From contig CAWCXJ010000009.1 in the NCBI GenBank assembly GCA_963799485.1, positions 163,984 to 227,983 on the forward strand: 64,000 nucleotides of DNA, in the 5' to 3' direction. This DNA is from an uncultured Trueperaceae bacterium. Lineage in GTDB: Bacteria > Deinococcota > Deinococci > Deinococcales > Trueperaceae. Positions 61,740 to 64,000 of this stretch are shown here, one piece after another. The notes under the pieces were generated by a model that did not search any database, was not told the DNA's origin, and saw only the letters and a list, made by a program, of their open reading frames with translations. Position numbers and translations under genes: made by a program. How positions within the stretch are numbered: position 1 is the first letter of the stretch; every line of letters begins with the position of its first letter.

Positions 61740-61815
61740 GGCCAGATAGCTCAGCCGGTAGAGCACACGACTGAAAATCGTGGTGTCGGCGGTTCAAGCC
61801 CGCCTCTGGCCACCA
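61740..61815 (+). tRNA. tRNA-Phe(GAA)
   Basis: GGCCAGA-TAGCTCAG..GGTAGAGC-ACACGACT GAA AATCGTG...GGTTCAAG..TCTGGCCACCA. Confidence 0.96.
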
Positions 61816-61925
61816 ACCCGACTAGCACGTACTTTCTGGCGAGAGATGCGTGTTTTTTCATGAAGAAAAAAAGACCCACTCTTGTGCTCTAGTTTTCGAC
61901 ACAACCCGCTAGAAACGGGTGCAAG

Positions 61926-62720
61926 GTGTTGCTTAAAGAAGCGATTGAAGATTTTTTTGCGGAGCAGCAATACAAAGGCAACCGTCCGGCAACCCTAACG
62001 TTTTACCGCGAGAACTTTAACCACTTTCTTAAAGACACCCGAATTACTGAACTCGCCGAACTTGACGAACAGGTTATTCGCACGTGGCTAGTCTCACACC
62101 GTACCCTTAGCCCGAACACGTTAAGCACGTATGACCGCGCTATCAGGTGTCTTGTCAACTGGCTTTACAGCCGGGGCTACCTCGAGGTGAACCCGATGAA
62201 GCGGATGCCCAAACCACGGGCGAAACGGCTCGAGGTCGTCACCTTCACCGCTGCTGAGATAAAAGCCATTCTCAAAGAAGCGGGGAGTCGGCAAACGCCG
62301 CTAAGGGACAAGGCGATGATTATGCTCTTGGTTGATACCGGGTTAAGAGTCGGGGAACTGTGTAACCTCGAGTTGCGCGATGTTCAGTGGAGTGAAAACT
62401 ATCTGACCGTAGACGGTAAAACCGGGCAAAGGCAACTACCCTTTGGGCGCAAGGTCAAACAGGGACTTAAAGTCTACATTGATCAAGAGCGCAAAGCCGC
62501 CAATAGCCGGGTTTACCATGTTTTTTTGAACCGTGAGGGGTTGCCGCTCAGGAGTAGTAGCGCAACACAAAGGCTTGCCAAGCTCGCAACGTATGTAGGG
62601 GTCAACACCTCTAAAACCGGCGCACATATCTTTCGGCATACTTTCGCGGTTGAATACGTCCGGGGTGGTGGCGACGCTTTTACCTTACAGCGGCTTTTAG
62701 GCCACACTACCCTCGAGATG
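61926..62720 (+). pseudogene. Tyrosine recombinase/integrase truncated by IS3 just before the catalytic Tyr
   Basis: DTGLRVGEL, HIFRHTFA, LLGHTTLEM then IS sequence; located ~110 bp downstream of tRNA-Phe. Confidence 0.85.
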
Positions 62721-62788
62721 AGAAGTGGACCCCTGAAAGCGGACAGACCCCTTAGTTGAAAGCACTAAGCTTTCAGAAGGGGGAAGAG

Positions 62789-63148
62789 ATGAAAAAGCAG
62801 AGACGAAACCACTCAGCTGCATTCAAAGCCAAGGTTGCACTAGAGGCAGTCAAAGAGGAGAAAACACTCGCTGAGTTGTCGCAACAGTTTGGGGTTCACG
62901 TTCAGCAAATCTCGGCCTGGAAACGGCAGCTGCTCGAGCAAGCAAGCGATGTGTTCGAGAGCGGTAGCGACAAAAAGCGTAACTTCGAGGCCGAGGTCAA
63001 AGAGTTGCACGCCAAGATCGGCGAGCTAACGATGGAACGAGATTTTTTGTCCAACAAGTCAGGTCGTCGAGCCGCACCGAACGTAAAGCGATGGTCAATC
63101 CTAAGACGCAGTTGTCGGTGGTCAAGCAGTGTCGTTTACTTGGTGTGA
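62789..63148 (+). CDS. IS3 transposase OrfA
   Basis: AFKAKVALEA...TLAELSQQFGVH..QI..WK, ELHAKIGELTMERDFL. Confidence 0.88.
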   Translation: MKKQRRNHSAAFKAKVALEAVKEEKTLAELSQQFGVHVQQISAWKRQLLEQASDVFESGSDKKRNFEAEVKELHAKIGELTMERDFLSNKSGRRAAPNVKRWSILRRSCRWSSSVVYLV

Positions 63149-63963
63149 GCCGTTCGTCGGTGTACGACCAGGGAGCGGTCGTGTCAGACGAGGAGCTCTC
63201 ACTCATGCGTCAGCTTGACGAAATCCACCTTGCCCGACCCTTCCTGGGAAGCCGTCGGCTGGTTGACGAACTCAAAGACCGTGGTCTTACAGTCAACCGC
63301 AAACGGGTTCAGCGCTTGATGCCGATCGTGGGCATTACCGCCGGTTATCCCAAGCCGAGAACGTCCAAAGCCGCCAAGGGACACGACGTCTACCCCTACC
63401 TCCGACGCGGCCTCGATTTTGAGCGAGCCAACCAGGTATGGGTCGCCGATATTACCTACTTGCCTATGGCTGGAGGTTTCTGCTACCTCGTTGCGGTCAT
63501 GGACTTGTACAGCCGCAAGATTCTCAGCTGGCAACTGTCGAACACGCTCGACCCACGCTTTTGCGTCACTGCCCTTGAAGAAGCGCTGCAACGCTACGGT
63601 TCACCTGAAATCTTCAATACCGACCAAGGTGCTCAGTTCACATCTCAAGTATTCACCAGGTTACTCGACCGGCATGGCGTCCAAATCAGCATGGACGGCA
63701 AAGGTAGGTGGATTGATAACGTCTTTATCGAACGCTTCTGGCGCAGTCTCAAGTACGAAGAGGTTTATCTTTTCGCCTATGGCGACCTGGCTGAAGCCCG
63801 AACTGGCCTAGATCGCCACATGCGCTACTACAACGGCAAACGGCGTCACAGCAGCTTGGGCAAGCAAACGCCTGATGAGGTGTACTATCAAGCGACGAGC
63901 AACCCTGCACGATCTGCTCTAAAGGTTCCAGGTCAGGCGTTGACGCCTGAACCTTGCTCGTGA
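63091..63963 (+). CDS. IS3 transposase OrfB (DDE)
   Basis: WVADITY, NTDQGAQF, DNVFIERFWRSLKYE, HSSLG..TP. Confidence 0.92.
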   Translation: MVNPKTQLSVVKQCRLLGVSRSSVYDQGAVVSDEELSLMRQLDEIHLARPFLGSRRLVDELKDRGLTVNRKRVQRLMPIVGITAGYPKPRTSKAAKGHDVYPYLRRGLDFERANQVWVADITYLPMAGGFCYLVAVMDLYSRKILSWQLSNTLDPRFCVTALEEALQRYGSPEIFNTDQGAQFTSQVFTRLLDRHGVQISMDGKGRWIDNVFIERFWRSLKYEEVYLFAYGDLAEARTGLDRHMRYYNGKRRHSSLGKQTPDEVYYQATSNPARSALKVPGQALTPEPCS

Positions 63964-64000
63964 ATAAAGTTAGGAACTAATCGGGTGCTGTCCGGCGGAT

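Larger units (their letters stand above)
62721..64000 (+). mobile_element. IS3-family insertion sequence (right IR runs off the window)
   Basis: Left IR GAAGTGGACCCCTGAAAGCGGACAG; CTGTCCG at window end; orfA/orfB in -1 relationship with T_TTT_TTG at 63043-63049. Confidence 0.92.

Overview
GC-rich bacterial chromosomal window, most consistent with Deinococcota (Truepera-like). This is inferred from many leaderless TANNNT-N5-7-ATG genes, a futalosine-pathway MqnP-type prenyltransferase and very frequent CTCGAG. The left ~16 kb is accessory: an uncharacterised sugar-catabolic cluster (2x Gfo/Idh/MocA, DUF993, TIM-barrel isomerase, GntR, divergent sugar-binding protein), a GH114-like lipoprotein, a BaeSR-like two-component system with a secreted repeat protein, a sugar ABC transporter and several nested IS3/IS630 remnants. 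The rest is mostly core: Mn-riboswitch terC operon, SAM-I metF-metH, tRNA-Asn, speA, topA, dnaX-ybaB-recR, purN-purD, ppk2, clpB (HAIR-like site), pgi, mqnP, tRNA-Asp/Phe, then a tRNA-adjacent integrase truncated by an IS3. Best candidates for new biology: (1) dnaX with a complete -1 frameshift cassette in reversed logic, where the zero frame stops right after A_AAA_AAG and only frameshifting reaches a hidden 211-codon tau-like tail; (2) topoisomerase I ending in a sigma70-region-4-like helix-turn-helix; (3) a HIP-like excess of CTCGAG, one copy of which sits at an apparent in-frame deletion junction. All calls are by eye from sequence and motif recall; no searches were run.
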